Part shown: positions 63,470-64,000 of the stretch, one piece after another
How positions within the stretch are numbered: the first letter of the stretch is position 1
How the letters are laid out: every line of letters starts with the position of its first letter
NCBI GenBank assembly: GCA_964016885.1
Contig: OZ024740.1
Location: 315,766,001-315,830,000 of the forward strand
Direction of reading: 5' to 3'
Source of the DNA: Eledone cirrhosa
Lineage: Eukaryota
Length of the DNA: 64,000 bases
The notes under the pieces: generated by a model
Seen by the model: only the letters and a program-made list of their open reading frames with translations
What the model was told of the DNA's origin: nothing
The model's database searches: none
Position numbers and translations under genes: made by a program

Positions 63470-64000
63470 TAACACCCTGCTATAAAACCATTTAACTCAT
63501 TTGTCCACACTTACATGAGACCCCCAAACCTTTTAGACCATCGACCATTCCATGAAATCTTTGACCTCTCATCGATTCCAATCGTGTACAAAAATAAGTA
63601 AATAAATAGAATATAAAATAACTAGACAATAAAGACTAATTTATATATAAATCAAAAAGTTTGTTAGATTAAGGTAAGACAAAAGTAAAAATGAAAGAGA
63701 ACGTCTAAAAAATTAACGGAAAGTGCCAAGCGTGACACTCTATATTCATCAATCTATCAATCTATTGTTCGATCGAAAGATCGGTCTAACGCTAGAAGAC
63801 GTGTAAGAGACTAGTGATTAAAGCACTTTAAATGTTGCCTGAATATGAGCATAAAACGTCTGGTCTATTGTGTGAGTGAAAAGTGGGGTGAGAAGAGGAA
63901 ATGTGTGACGTCCGAATAAGTATCCTCCACATCCAACTAACTTATCCTCCGCCTCTGGATCCCGGACAACAGGATAGAGAATGCATTGCTCCGGGGGACG

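Overview
AT-rich, repeat-dominated animal DNA. The SINE/LINE repertoire and microsatellite density suggest an octopod cephalopod (inferred, not verified). No prokaryotic features such as operons or CRISPR are present. The window holds two near-full-length RTE-clade LINEs with intact EN-RT ORFs (14.6-18.2 kb, 56.2-59.8 kb) and several truncated copies, all with a C4-H-C3 PHD-type finger inserted inside the RT domain. It also holds relics of R4/Dong-like and CRE-like RLE LINEs, Merlin and Tc1/mariner transposons, non-autonomous Helitrons, MITEs, tRNA-derived SINEs and minisatellites, plus a probable first coding exon of a minus-strand host gene at about 33.0 kb. The most striking non-ORF signal is a dispersed set of Penelope-type minimal hammerhead ribozyme motifs (CTGANGA...GAAA...NTH, usually followed by AATAAA). 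These include a 428-bp foldback with two intact outward-facing hammerheads (46135-46562), two hammerheads split by RTE insertions, and a conserved kink-turn-like hairpin 7 nt upstream of two hammerhead cores. All structures were folded by eye and need computational confirmation.
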